Shown here one piece after another: positions 1 to 9,353 of a DNA stretch of 64,000 nt (position 1 is its first letter; each line of letters starts with the position of its first letter). This DNA comes from Promethearchaeati archaeon SRVP18_Atabeyarchaeia-1 (GTDB taxonomy: Archaea; Asgardarchaeota; Atabeyarchaeia; Atabeyarchaeales; Atabeyarchaeaceae): the NCBI GenBank assembly GCA_037308085.1, contig CP147779.1, positions 384,001-448,000 on the forward strand, written 5' to 3'. Below the pieces are notes generated by a model, which did not search any database, was not told where the DNA came from, and was given only the letters and a program-made list of their open reading frames with translations. The position numbers were made by a program, and so were the translations under genes.

Positions 1-2
1 TC

Positions 3-611
3 TACCAGAGGCCACCACTTAGATCTTCCGTGAAGCGCATGTCACGGATAAGGACGATATACTACCTGCAACTTCTCGAGGTGGATGTGCGGAATGTACT
101 GATGAAAGTCGGGTGCCAAGGAGGGACGTACATAAGAAAACTCTGCCATGACATAGGGGAGGCAATTGGCTGTGGCGCCCATATGAAGGAACTGAGGAGA
201 ACTAGGACAGGATCGTTCAAAGAGGATGAGACCATGGTTTCACTTCAGGATGTCGTTGATGCCGTTCATTTCTGGAAAGAGAATGGAAACGAAGCCTTCC
301 TCCGTAGGTCAGTCCAGCCAATGGAGAAGACCACGGAGCATTTGCCTAGACTCGTTGTCCGTGATTCTGCCGTAGACGCATTATGCCATGGGGCTCAACT
401 TGCAGCACCTGGCGTACTTGAGGTTCATACCGGAATAAAACAGAACGCACTAGTCGGGATTTACACTTTGAAGGAGGAGATTGTCGCGCTGGCTCGAGCG
501 CAGCTTGACACCGAAGGCATAATGAAGGCAGATAAGGGTATAGTGGCTACGATTGAACGTGTTATCATGGAGCCCGGAGTATACCCGAAACATGAGAAGC
601 AGGCTACTTAG
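3..611 (+). CDS. cbf5: H/ACA RNA-guided pseudouridine synthase Cbf5 (TruB family, PUA domain), 5'-truncated by the window edge
   Basis: Frame reads YQRPPLRSSVKR from position 3; GTYIRKLCHDIG and ELRRTRTG motifs; C-terminal PUA (DSAVDALCHGAQLAAPGV). Confidence 0.95.
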   Translation, partial: YQRPPLRSSVKRMSRIRTIYYLQLLEVDVRNVLMKVGCQGGTYIRKLCHDIGEAIGCGAHMKELRRTRTGSFKEDETMVSLQDVVDAVHFWKENGNEAFLRRSVQPMEKTTEHLPRLVVRDSAVDALCHGAQLAAPGVLEVHTGIKQNALVGIYTLKEEIVALARAQLDTEGIMKADKGIVATIERVIMEPGVYPKHEKQAT

Positions 612-650
612 CTTCCCGGATCCAGAAAGTTAGCTGGAGGCCAACGAAAC

Positions 651-1280
651 ACGGCTGAACATTATTTCACCGCTGAACCCTCATCTGAGCTGAAGCTAGG
701 CCTCTTGAAGGCAAGACTGCGAGGAGTAGATCTTCAGTTTCTTACGGCGAGGGGGGTGTTCTCTTACAGGAAAGTTGACAGGGGAACCATCGTACTCATC
801 GACTCAATGGAGATACCTGAGAAAGGAAATGTTCTTGATTTGGGGTGTGGATGGGGTCCTATCGGAATAACTATTTCAGCGACTCACCCGCAAAACTGTG
901 TCATCATGACTGACATCAACAAGAGGGCCATCTGGCTTGCCACCCAGAATGTCAGCCTCAACAAGGTCACCGCCGAGGTAAGGTGGGGCGAACTATATGA
1001 TCCTGTCGGTGATGCAAAATTCGACGCCATAATCACCAACCCACCCATTTCAGCAGGACGCAGCCTAGTAAGCAAAGCAATTGAAGAAGCAAACCACCAC
1101 CTCTCTCCCCGCGGAAGCCTGCAACTTGTGGCACGCACAAACAAAGGCGCTAAGGTCATTTCCATCATTATGGAAAACGTCTTCGGAAACGTACAGGAGA
1201 TTGAAAAGAAAAGCGGATATAGAGTCCTATGCTCACATAAGAAAGATGAAGGCAGCGAAGACAAGACTCTGGAGGCCTAA
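651..1280 (+). CDS. Class I SAM-dependent methyltransferase, RsmC/MTS family
   Basis: GVFS, VLDLGCGWGPIG, NPP and KKSGYRV motifs. The conserved EHYF N-terminus lies upstream of the ORF-track TTG (705); possible ACG start at 651. Confidence 0.85.
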   Translation, partial: TAEHYFTAEPSSELKLGLLKARLRGVDLQFLTARGVFSYRKVDRGTIVLIDSMEIPEKGNVLDLGCGWGPIGITISATHPQNCVIMTDINKRAIWLATQNVSLNKVTAEVRWGELYDPVGDAKFDAIITNPPISAGRSLVSKAIEEANHHLSPRGSLQLVARTNKGAKVISIIMENVFGNVQEIEKKSGYRVLCSHKKDEGSEDKTLEA

Positions 1281-1377
1281 GACACCTTAGCTAGAAAATG
1301 CGCACGACGCAAGCGATCCTGCAACGCACTAGCCGACACAGTTAAATGCCTACTCGAACCTTAAGAAAAACGTAAGT

Positions 1378-1498
1378 GCCGTGGTAGCCAAGTCTGGTTA
1401 AGGCGCGGGATTGGAGATCCCGTTCCCTTTTGGGAGCGTCGGTTCAAATCCGGCCCATTTCACGTGGTAAGCACACCATGTGGAGGCTAGCGGCGCCA
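1378..1498 (+). tRNA. tRNA-Ser(GGA) with a 33-nt BHB intron (1458-1490) in the 3' acceptor strand; CCA encoded
   Basis: GCCGTGG acceptor; anticodon stem CGGGA/TCCCG with GGA at 1413-1415; long variable arm; GTCGG-TTCAAAT-CCGGC T arm; spliced 3' strand CCA|CGGC-G-CCA pairs perfectly with the 5' strand. Confidence 0.93.
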
Positions 1499-1926
1499 TG
1501 CCCAATGCATGCTGAAGGACCGACATCTCCCCTGAAACCATCATGAACCGGAGTGCCCCTGCTTTCTTTTCCGCATACCCCTGTTGACGAGCTCCAGGTC
1601 CCCTGTCTCGTGTGCTCCAGAATTCAGTCGCTCAGCAACCTCAATCGCACGAATATGGCGATTGATATCTCATGCACCTTCCGATGGTTACGTAAAAGTG
1701 CATGCCAGAACCATTTCAGAAACGATTTTCGGATTGGATGGGTCGTAAGTCCGATGGATATAAAGCTCGCGAATGGAAAATGCTTAAATACTTATAATTG
1801 GCTTTCTGGTTTGCACAATCGTTCCATGCCGCGGAGAATCGGCAGGTCGATTTGCTTGGCAATGATTATATACCGATTGATCCCTAGTGGAGCGAAGCTG
1901 ACGCAGTTAATAGAGAGTGTTGCAGT

Positions 1927-2388
1927 ATGTCTGAGGGGTTTAGACACATCGTAAGAATCGCTGGCACGGATCTCCAGGGTTCAGAGAAGTTGCCCTATGC
2001 GCTGGCAAGTATCGAAGGAGTCAGCACCAGAACGGCCTACGCGGCCATCAAGATAGCTGGGCTAGACCCAGAGCTGAGGGCAGGATATCTGTCTGAGACT
2101 CAAGCCAAGGAACTTGAGAAGATAGTACAGGATATGTCCAAGATCGGCATACCAAGCTGGTTGCTCAACCGGCGGAAGGATGTAGCAACGGGGAAAGACA
2201 CCCATGTAATCGGTGCCGACTTGAAGCTGGCAAACAGGACCGATATCGAAAGGATGAAGGCAACAAAGAGTTGGAAGGGAATCAGGCACGCGCTGGGACT
2301 GAAGGTAAGAGGGCAGCATACGAGAACAACTGGCAGAACAGGGCAGACTGTTGGAGTAAGCAAGAAGAGAGCGAGAGCAGCGAAATAG
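1927..2388 (+). CDS. rps13: 30S ribosomal protein S13 (uS13)
   Basis: FRHIVRIAGTDL, WLLNRRKD, GIRHALGLKVRGQHTRTTGR. Confidence 0.97.
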   Translation: MSEGFRHIVRIAGTDLQGSEKLPYALASIEGVSTRTAYAAIKIAGLDPELRAGYLSETQAKELEKIVQDMSKIGIPSWLLNRRKDVATGKDTHVIGADLKLANRTDIERMKATKSWKGIRHALGLKVRGQHTRTTGRTGQTVGVSKKRARAAK

Positions 2389-2432
2389 GGAAAGCGTGGC
2401 GACGATCACATCTTCATTGAGGTTGAGAAAAC

Positions 2433-2981
2433 ATGGGAGACATCAAGAAACTCAGAAAGAAATATGTCAAGCCAGGTCACCCTTGGCAGAGAGACAGGAT
2501 ACGATCAGAAATCCTTCTGGTAGGCAAGTATGGACTGAGGAACAAAAGAGAGGTCTGGATCGCGAGAACACTCCTCGGTGATTTCAGAAGGCGTGCTAGG
2601 GAAGTCCTATCGCTGTCATCAGCCGAGAAGGAAGAGGAAGAAAAGGGACTGATGAGGCGCTTACGTAGGCTTGGTCTGGTAAGTGAGAATGCAAACATAG
2701 ATGATGTACTAGATTTGACACTGCCGAACATTCTCGAAAGAAGACTGCAAACAATAGTGTATAAGCTTGGGCTGGCGAAATCGGTCCACCAATCTAGGCA
2801 GCTGATCGTGCACGGGCACATCGCCATAAAGGGCTGCGCCACAACATCCCCTGGGAGGCTGGTAGGGTTAGAAGAAGAGGCGCAGGTGACGTACGCGCCT
2901 GGCAGCCCGTTCATGAACAGGGATCTTGTCAAGGAAGAAGTCGAGGAACATCCAAAAGAACAGAAGAAAAGTGTAAAATAG
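2433..2981 (+). CDS. rps4: 30S ribosomal protein S4 (uS4)
   Basis: PGHPW, YGLRNKREVW, LERRLQTIV, RQLIVHGHI. Confidence 0.97.
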   Translation: MGDIKKLRKKYVKPGHPWQRDRIRSEILLVGKYGLRNKREVWIARTLLGDFRRRAREVLSLSSAEKEEEEKGLMRRLRRLGLVSENANIDDVLDLTLPNILERRLQTIVYKLGLAKSVHQSRQLIVHGHIAIKGCATTSPGRLVGLEEEAQVTYAPGSPFMNRDLVKEEVEEHPKEQKKSVK

Positions 2982-3098
2982 TTATGAATTCACTCCGCAA
3001 AGAAAATGATTAATGTGGATTGCAAAGGAAGACTTGGTGTCGCAACGCTGTAAATACTCACTAACCAAGTTTTTAGAATATGGGGAGGCCCACCGTAA

Positions 3099-3737
3099 TT
3101 GAGCGAACGAAAAAAGAAGAAGAGCGGGAAAGAAGAGAAAGCTAAGGAAAGCATTGAGACTAAGGAACTCAAAGACAAGACAGCAAAGGACAAGAAAACC
3201 AAGGAGCAGAAGACAAAAGAAGAGAAGACAAAAGGTCAGAAAACTAAGGAACAGGCAGTAGAAAAGAAGGTCGAGGAACCAAAGCCTAAGGCAGAAGCCG
3301 TGGAAGAAGAATCCAAGAAGAGGGAAAGGCAAAGAGAACCTGAAGAAGGAAAAAGAATGAGGTGGGGTGTGGCCCACATCTTCAGCTCATACAACGATAC
3401 GATAGTCCACATTACTGATCTAACCGGGGCAGAAACTGTAGCGAGGGCATCTGGAGGCATGATAGTAAAAGCCGACCGAGACGAAGCCACGCCCTACGCA
3501 GCCATGCAAGCATCATTTAGGGCCGCCCAAGAAGCGATGGACAAGGGTGTAAGAGGAGTTCATATAAAGGTTCGAGCTCCTGGTGGTCATGGTCCAAAGA
3601 CCCCTGGACCGGGCGCCCAAGCTGCCATAAGAGCGCTGGCTAGGGCAGGTCTAAGAATAGGGCGCATCGAAGAGTGTACACCAATACCGCATGATGGAAC
3701 AAGGCGACCAGGAGGCAGAAGAGGAAGGCGTGTATAG
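3099..3737 (+). CDS. rps11: 30S ribosomal protein S11 (uS11) with a long K/E-rich N-terminal extension
   Basis: [44 protein letters not shown]. Confidence 0.97.
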   Translation: MSERKKKKSGKEEKAKESIETKELKDKTAKDKKTKEQKTKEEKTKGQKTKEQAVEKKVEEPKPKAEAVEEESKKRERQREPEEGKRMRWGVAHIFSSYNDTIVHITDLTGAETVARASGGMIVKADRDEATPYAAMQASFRAAQEAMDKGVRGVHIKVRAPGGHGPKTPGPGAQAAIRALARAGLRIGRIEECTPIPHDGTRRPGGRRGRRV

Positions 3738-3914
3738 GTTCCATTGCGGGCTTGCAGGGACCAACCTGCTACCGCGATTTCTCTTAGACTCTTGCCAGAT
3801 TCAATAGTGAGAAGAATTTGCGATTAGAGAAAAATTGAAATAACTTCAGAATTATCTGCATCTCTCAAAGACCCAGTTCACTTCATCATTCCGTCTTGTA
3901 CCCAGGTGTGATTA

Positions 3915-4736
3915 ATGGAAATCGAATTGATTGAGAAGGATCCTCTGCGAACAAAGTTCATGGTGAAGGGTATTCGCGCCTCGTTTGCAAACGCTCTGAG
4001 GAGGATAATGATTAGCGAAGTACCCACGCTTGCTATACAGGATGTGATAATAGTCGAGAATACGTCGCCTATGTACGACGAAATACTTGCCCACCGCTTG
4101 GGGTCAATACCAATAAAGACAAACTTGGAGATGTTCTCCAAACCAGAAGAATGTGAATGTAAAGGAAGCGGTTGTCCGCACTGTCAGGTTGTTCTTACTC
4201 TGGACAAAAAGGCAGTCGATGGTCCGGTAACCGTGTATTCAGGTGATCTCAAGTCTCAGGTTCCTCAGATCGAGCCGGCCACGCCCAGAATCCCCATCCT
4301 GAAGCTGAGTAGAGGACAGCACATAATTCTTGAAGCATACGCTAGGTTGGGCACGGGCAGGGAGCATGCGAAATGGCAAGCGTCGATCGCCAGCTACAAG
4401 TACCTTCCAAAGCTTGAGCTAAAGGAGGAGAAATGCGAGAAGTGCGGCGACTGCGTGGAGGCGTGCCCCCGGAACATAATTCAGATGAAAGGCGACACAA
4501 TCAAGTTTGTCAACGAGACCGATTGCACCCTTTGCAGGACCTGCGAAGAAGTCTGCAGATACGATGCAATCAGAGTCCTATGGGATGAAACAGTCTTTAT
4601 ATTCAACGTGGAGTCCACCGGGGCAATTCCCGCGGATGAAGTGGTTCGCTATGCGAGCCAAATACTATTAAACAAATCCAAAGAACTAATCAAACAGCTT
4701 GAAGAGACCAATACTAACGTTACTACACAAGGGTGA
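3915..4736 (+). CDS. rpoD: DNA-directed RNA polymerase subunit D (Rpo3) with ferredoxin-like Fe-S domain
   Basis: ANALRRIMISEVPTLAI, EILAHRLG, GREHAKW; two CxxCxxCxxxC motifs. Confidence 0.96.
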   Translation: MEIELIEKDPLRTKFMVKGIRASFANALRRIMISEVPTLAIQDVIIVENTSPMYDEILAHRLGSIPIKTNLEMFSKPEECECKGSGCPHCQVVLTLDKKAVDGPVTVYSGDLKSQVPQIEPATPRIPILKLSRGQHIILEAYARLGTGREHAKWQASIASYKYLPKLELKEEKCEKCGDCVEACPRNIIQMKGDTIKFVNETDCTLCRTCEEVCRYDAIRVLWDETVFIFNVESTGAIPADEVVRYASQILLNKSKELIKQLEETNTNVTTQG

Positions 4737-4743
4737 TAGAGCT

Positions 4744-5109
4744 ATGTCCCGTAGAAGCAGACCAAATGATCCGACTGTGCTAAGACTGCTGCGCGACCTC
4801 AGAAAGAAATCCAATGAGCAGAAAGTGGAGCTCTGGCGCCATGTATCTGAGAGGTTAGCCAACCCCAGAAGAAGGATCGTGGAAGTTAACCTCTCAAGAA
4901 TAAACAGGCACACTAAAGCCAAGGACGTAGTGCTCGTTCCTGGGAAAGTACTCGCATCAGGGGAACTCGACCACGAAGTCTCAGTTGCGGCGCTTTCATT
5001 CTCGAAAAACGCTAAGGGAAAGATCGAGAAGGCGAAAGGAAAGGTATTGACGTTAATGGAATTATCCTCTAAGAATCCTAAAGGCACAAAGGTCATTCTA
5101 ATGGAGTGA
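4744..5109 (+). CDS. rpl18e: 50S ribosomal protein L18e (eL18)
   Basis: VNLSRINR, VPGKVL, AALSFS; operon position; ATG at 4744. Confidence 0.95.
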   Translation: MSRRSRPNDPTVLRLLRDLRKKSNEQKVELWRHVSERLANPRRRIVEVNLSRINRHTKAKDVVLVPGKVLASGELDHEVSVAALSFSKNAKGKIEKAKGKVLTLMELSSKNPKGTKVILME

Positions 5110-5119
5110 GGCATGAGCG

Positions 5120-5566
5120 ATGAAGGAAGCAACAGGCTACACGGTCATTGATACCGACGGATTGATACTTGGAAGACTATCAAGCACTGTGGCCAAGAGA
5201 CTGCTATCTGGCGAGAAAATCGCCCTAGTCAACGCTGATAAGGTGATAGTCTCTGGCAAGAGAACTAGCATAGTCAGAGAATATAAAGAGAGACTCAGAA
5301 TAAGAACCCTTGTCAACCCTGCTAAGGGTCCCTTCCACCCGCGCAGACCCGATACGATCCTGAGAAGAACGATACGAGGCATGCTGCCTTGGAACACAAA
5401 CCGAGGGAAAGAGGCTTTTGCCCGCCTGAGCACCTTTGTTGGGATTCCACTTGAGCTCAAGAACGCCAAACTCGAATCAATACCCTGCGCCCGAGTGGAA
5501 CGACTTAGAGGCAGGTTCATCAGACTTTCAGAAATCTCTTCGCAAATTGGCTGGAAACCGCTTTGA
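5120..5566 (+). CDS. rpl13: 50S ribosomal protein L13 (uL13)
   Basis: ILGRLSSTVAKRLL, GPFHPRRPD, RGMLP. Confidence 0.96.
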   Translation: MKEATGYTVIDTDGLILGRLSSTVAKRLLSGEKIALVNADKVIVSGKRTSIVREYKERLRIRTLVNPAKGPFHPRRPDTILRRTIRGMLPWNTNRGKEAFARLSTFVGIPLELKNAKLESIPCARVERLRGRFIRLSEISSQIGWKPL

Positions 5567-5586
5567 GAGGAAGATGGTGAGAGAGC

Positions 5587-5988
5587 ATGAAGGTTATCTT
5601 GACAAGCGGAAAAAGAAAAACTGCGGTTGCTAGGGCTGTGATAAGAGATGGTAGAGGCAGGGTCACGGTCAACAATATCCCAGCGGAAATCATGTCACCT
5701 GAACTCGCAAGAACTAAGGTCTTAGAGCCACTTTTCCTTGCTGGGGACGACAAGGTGAACAAGGTCGATATCAGTGTAGATGTTCAAGGTGGTGGCTTCA
5801 TGAGCCAAGCCGAAGCTGCGAGAATGTCTATTGCGAAAGCCCTGTCCAGATGGTATAAAGATGCCAAACTCAAGAAAAGCTTCACTGAATACGATAGAAC
5901 CATGTTGGTTGGAGACGCAAGAAGATCCGAACCTAAGAAATTCGGAGGACATGGAGCAAGGGCCAGGAAGCAGAAGTCTTACAGGTAG
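5587..5988 (+). CDS. rps9: 30S ribosomal protein S9 (uS9)
   Basis: [40 protein letters not shown]. Confidence 0.97.
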   Translation: MKVILTSGKRKTAVARAVIRDGRGRVTVNNIPAEIMSPELARTKVLEPLFLAGDDKVNKVDISVDVQGGGFMSQAEAARMSIAKALSRWYKDAKLKKSFTEYDRTMLVGDARRSEPKKFGGHGARARKQKSYR

Positions 5989-6031
5989 GACGCCCCTAAC
6001 GAAGAAGTTTGAAGGATGGTGAGAATACCGG

Positions 6032-6241
6032 ATGATGATTCCAGTAAGGTGTTTCACCTGCGGGAAACCAATAGGAGACAAGTGGGAAGAATTTGTGAGG
6101 AGAACAAGACAGGGAGAAGAGCCCAAGAGGGTTCTCGACGAGCTGGGGGTCAAAAGGTACTGTTGCAGAAGAATGTTGCTGAGCCAAGTTGACTTATTGG
6201 AAGATGTAATGATTTTCACACCAGGTCAGGAAGAATCCTAG
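6032..6241 (+). CDS. rpoN: DNA-directed RNA polymerase subunit N (Rpo10)
   Basis: [10 protein letters not shown] and RYCCRRMLL. Confidence 0.97.
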   Translation: MMIPVRCFTCGKPIGDKWEEFVRRTRQGEEPKRVLDELGVKRYCCRRMLLSQVDLLEDVMIFTPGQEES

Positions 6242-6271
6242 AAAACGAGTTAGAGACAGTAGCACTTTGAG

Positions 6272-6904
6272 TTGGAGAGAGCACCAATGGCCTTAGAGAT
6301 TAAGAGCGAAGAGTTACTGATTCCTTTAGACGACTACCTTGCAGCGGGAATGCATATCGGAACACAGGTCAAGACCGAGAGCATGTCACCCTTTGTGTAT
6401 CGCGTTCGTTCAGACGGGCTTTATGTCCTCGACATCAGAAAGGCGAATGAAAGAATAAGGGTCGCAGGAAAGCTAATAGCGAGATATGAACCGTCCAAAG
6501 TCATTGCAGCTTCTTGCAGACAGTATGGGCAGAGACCGGTACAGAAATTCTGCGAAATGATCAGGGCCAAGCCCGTTGTCGGAAGAATAGTACCGGGAAC
6601 ACTAACAAACCCATTCCTAGAAACTTACATGGAGCCAGACATCATAGTAATAACTGATCCTAGAGCCGACGTCCAAGCGCTTGAAGAGGCACTCGTCATA
6701 GGCATACCAGTGATAGCCTTATGTGATACAGACAATGTGACGACAAACGTCGATCTAGTCATACCGACGAACAACAAGGGCAGAAGGGCTCTTGCACTTG
6801 TATACTGGCTACTCGCCCGTCAAGTTCTCAGAGAAAGAGGAGAACTCCAAGCTACTCAGGAACTCGGAGCTACAATAGACGAATTCGAATCAAGGCAGAC
6901 GTAG
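6272..6904 (+). CDS. rps2: 30S ribosomal protein S2 (uS2)
   Basis: [28 protein letters not shown]; start may be ATG 6287. Confidence 0.96.
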   Translation: MERAPMALEIKSEELLIPLDDYLAAGMHIGTQVKTESMSPFVYRVRSDGLYVLDIRKANERIRVAGKLIARYEPSKVIAASCRQYGQRPVQKFCEMIRAKPVVGRIVPGTLTNPFLETYMEPDIIVITDPRADVQALEEALVIGIPVIALCDTDNVTTNVDLVIPTNNKGRRALALVYWLLARQVLRERGELQATQELGATIDEFESRQT

Positions 6905-7073
6905 CTAACCAACCCTTAGACTCGGATCCTGACGGTGAACTGCCATGAGTCCAGGTGTGCAGATGAAAGGCTCTCACTCTTTTATTGAACTACCGTAGAT
7001 CGCTGTCTTGACGGGGAAGGGGTCGACTACAAGAGATAGGCTGACCACAATATGAGTGTGGAGGAAAACAGAA

Positions 7074-8012
7074 TTGGGAAAAGGATATGGCTACGGCAAG
7101 ACTATCCTTTTCGGGGAACACTTTGTGGTCTATGGTTTGCCAGCGTTGGCATCAGCGCTTGGTGCAAAAACCACAGCCATAATCGATAGGATCCCACGCA
7201 AAGGGTATGAGTTGATTGACAACCGTCCCGAGGTTCCAGGATACAAGAAAGAAAAGTTCGAGGAACAACAGATTTCCATCAAAAACGTTCTCAAATTTAT
7301 GGGAGTCGATACCGAAAAGCAAGGTCTACGTATCACTCTTGGTGGGGATCTAATCTGCGCAAGTGGAGTGGGGGCTTCAGCTGCTAGCTGTGTTGCGATA
7401 GCGCGAGCAATAACTGATGAATTCAAGCTCAATTGGAATGATGCAAGGATAAACGAGGCGGCCTATGAAGGGGAGAAGGGGTACCACGGAACCCCCAGCG
7501 GAATTGACAATACTGCTTCAACATTTGGGGGATTGGTGTATTTTGTCAAGAACATGAAGGGCGGTCCAAACACAATGGACACCACCAAATTGAAGAACGC
7601 CGTGGAACTTGTTATTGGCAGCTCCGGGATCACCTCGGATACCAAAGAGGTGGTTGATGCTGTTAAAAAGTTGAAAGACAAGGATCCCAAATGGTTTGAC
7701 GGCATTATCGGGGAATATTCAAAATTGGTCGCTCACGGGCGACAGGCTCTCGAGAAATTCGACTTGCCGCTAGTCGGAAAGTTGATGGACAAAAACCACA
7801 CACTACTACAGGAGATCACAGTATCGAATGAGGTTCTTGACTCAATGGTTGTGATCTCCAGAAAAGCAGGCGCTCTGGGAGCGAAAGTAACTGGAACAGG
7901 CCGTGGCGGAAACATGATTGCTTTAACACCTGGCGTGAAGCTACGAGACAAGGTTGCCAGCGCGCTTCAAGCTGCTGGATATGAAGTTTGGAAAACAACT
8001 ATTGGCGCTTAG
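7074..8012 (+). CDS. mvk: Mevalonate kinase (GHMP kinase)
   Basis: GKTILFGEHFVVYG, GVGASAA, HGTPSGIDN, GAKVTGTGRGG; GGAGG 10 nt before TTG 7074. Confidence 0.92.
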   Translation: MGKGYGYGKTILFGEHFVVYGLPALASALGAKTTAIIDRIPRKGYELIDNRPEVPGYKKEKFEEQQISIKNVLKFMGVDTEKQGLRITLGGDLICASGVGASAASCVAIARAITDEFKLNWNDARINEAAYEGEKGYHGTPSGIDNTASTFGGLVYFVKNMKGGPNTMDTTKLKNAVELVIGSSGITSDTKEVVDAVKKLKDKDPKWFDGIIGEYSKLVAHGRQALEKFDLPLVGKLMDKNHTLLQEITVSNEVLDSMVVISRKAGALGAKVTGTGRGGNMIALTPGVKLRDKVASALQAAGYEVWKTTIGA

Positions 8013-8039
8013 CACGTGACATGGTGGTGGAAGTGAGAA

Positions 8040-9350
8040 ATGGATTTTCGGCAATATGTTGACAAACTAGAGAGCGAGGGAAACCTCTATAGAATAGGGA
8101 AAGTAGTTTCAGGTGATGTGGAGGCAGCTGCTGTTTTGAAGGCGGCTGAGCCGACACCTGTGCTTTTTGAGAGTATTAAGGAAAACAAGGGATTTCGGGT
8201 AGCTGGAAACGTATTTTGTACAAAAGAAAGCATTGCCAAGTACTTCGGAATCACAACCGCTGACCTAATTCCAAAACTCACCAAGGCGATTGACCAACGC
8301 AGCCAACCAGAGGAGATCAAGAACGCTCCGTGTCAAGAAGTCGATATGGGGACTGTCGACCTCAACAAATTACCCATTCTAATGCACAATAAAGCAGATG
8401 GAGGAAGGTACATCTCTTCGGCAGTGGTTATTACAAGAGATCCTGAGTATGGACAGAACTTGGACTTCCACAGAGCTATGCAGATCTCCAACAACAAGAT
8501 GAGTACTAGGATTATTCAGGGCAGAGATTTTTACAAATTCCTAGAGCGAAATGGAGAAGTTGAGGCGGCATTCTGCGTTGGCAATACTCCCAATGTCCTG
8601 GTCGCTGCTGCGACCTCTGTTCAGACTGGAATTGATGAACTCTACATCGCAAACGCCCTTGAGAAAATGCGAGTTACAAGAGCGAAATCAGTGAATCTCA
8701 TGATTCCTGCTGATTGCGAGGTAGTGCTCGAGGGTAGGGTTTCTATGAAAGAAAGAGCTGCTGAGGGACCATTCGTCGACCTAACCGAGACCTTCGATAT
8801 TGTTAGACAGGAGCCCGTTTTCGAAGTCCGTAAGATCACTCATAGGAAGGACCCTATATGGCAAGCTCTTCTCCCTGGTGCCCTAGAGCATAAATTACTT
8901 ATGGGAATGCCTCGAGAGCCAACGATTTTCAAGAAGGTCGCAGAGTCGGGTGTCAGATGCCTTGATGTCAATGTGAATCCTGGAGGATGTTCATGGCTCC
9001 ATGCAATAGTCAAGATCGAAAAAAAGAACGAAGACGATGGAAAGAAAGCAATTCTTGCAGCCTTCGCTGGTCATTCGAGCTGTAAACATGTATTCGTAGT
9101 CGATAAGGACATTAACATCTATGATCCACTCCAAGTGGAGTGGGCGATGGCCACAAGGTTCCAAGCAGACCGGGGACTAGTAAACAAAGGGAAGGAACCA
9201 GGATCCAGTCTGGATCCGAGTGCCGATCCGCAGACCAAAATGACCAACAAGGTAGGGTTTGACCTGACAGCGCCACTAGTAACGAAGGGAAAGAACTTCG
9301 CCCGCGTTGAATTCCCCAAAGTTGATTTGAAAAAGTATATCGAGGAATGA
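8040..9350 (+). CDS. UbiD-family decarboxylase, probably trans-anhydromevalonate 5-phosphate decarboxylase
   Basis: EGPFVD, GGCSWLHA, WAMATRFQAD, GSSLDPS; lies between mvk and the aconitase X genes. Confidence 0.88.
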   Translation: MDFRQYVDKLESEGNLYRIGKVVSGDVEAAAVLKAAEPTPVLFESIKENKGFRVAGNVFCTKESIAKYFGITTADLIPKLTKAIDQRSQPEEIKNAPCQEVDMGTVDLNKLPILMHNKADGGRYISSAVVITRDPEYGQNLDFHRAMQISNNKMSTRIIQGRDFYKFLERNGEVEAAFCVGNTPNVLVAAATSVQTGIDELYIANALEKMRVTRAKSVNLMIPADCEVVLEGRVSMKERAAEGPFVDLTETFDIVRQEPVFEVRKITHRKDPIWQALLPGALEHKLLMGMPREPTIFKKVAESGVRCLDVNVNPGGCSWLHAIVKIEKKNEDDGKKAILAAFAGHSSCKHVFVVDKDINIYDPLQVEWAMATRFQADRGLVNKGKEPGSSLDPSADPQTKMTNKVGFDLTAPLVTKGKNFARVEFPKVDLKKYIEE

Positions 9351-9353
9351 TCT

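Noticed and set aside
609-611. Pyrrolysine or amber recoding fusing cbf5 to the methyltransferase
   Set aside because: Many conserved genes here end at TAG at their expected C-termini (rps9, rpoN, rps2, rps15), and no pyl genes are in the window.
1553-1954. 133-aa ORF upstream of rps13
   Set aside because: No motif, overlaps the rps13 promoter/leader and start; probably spurious.
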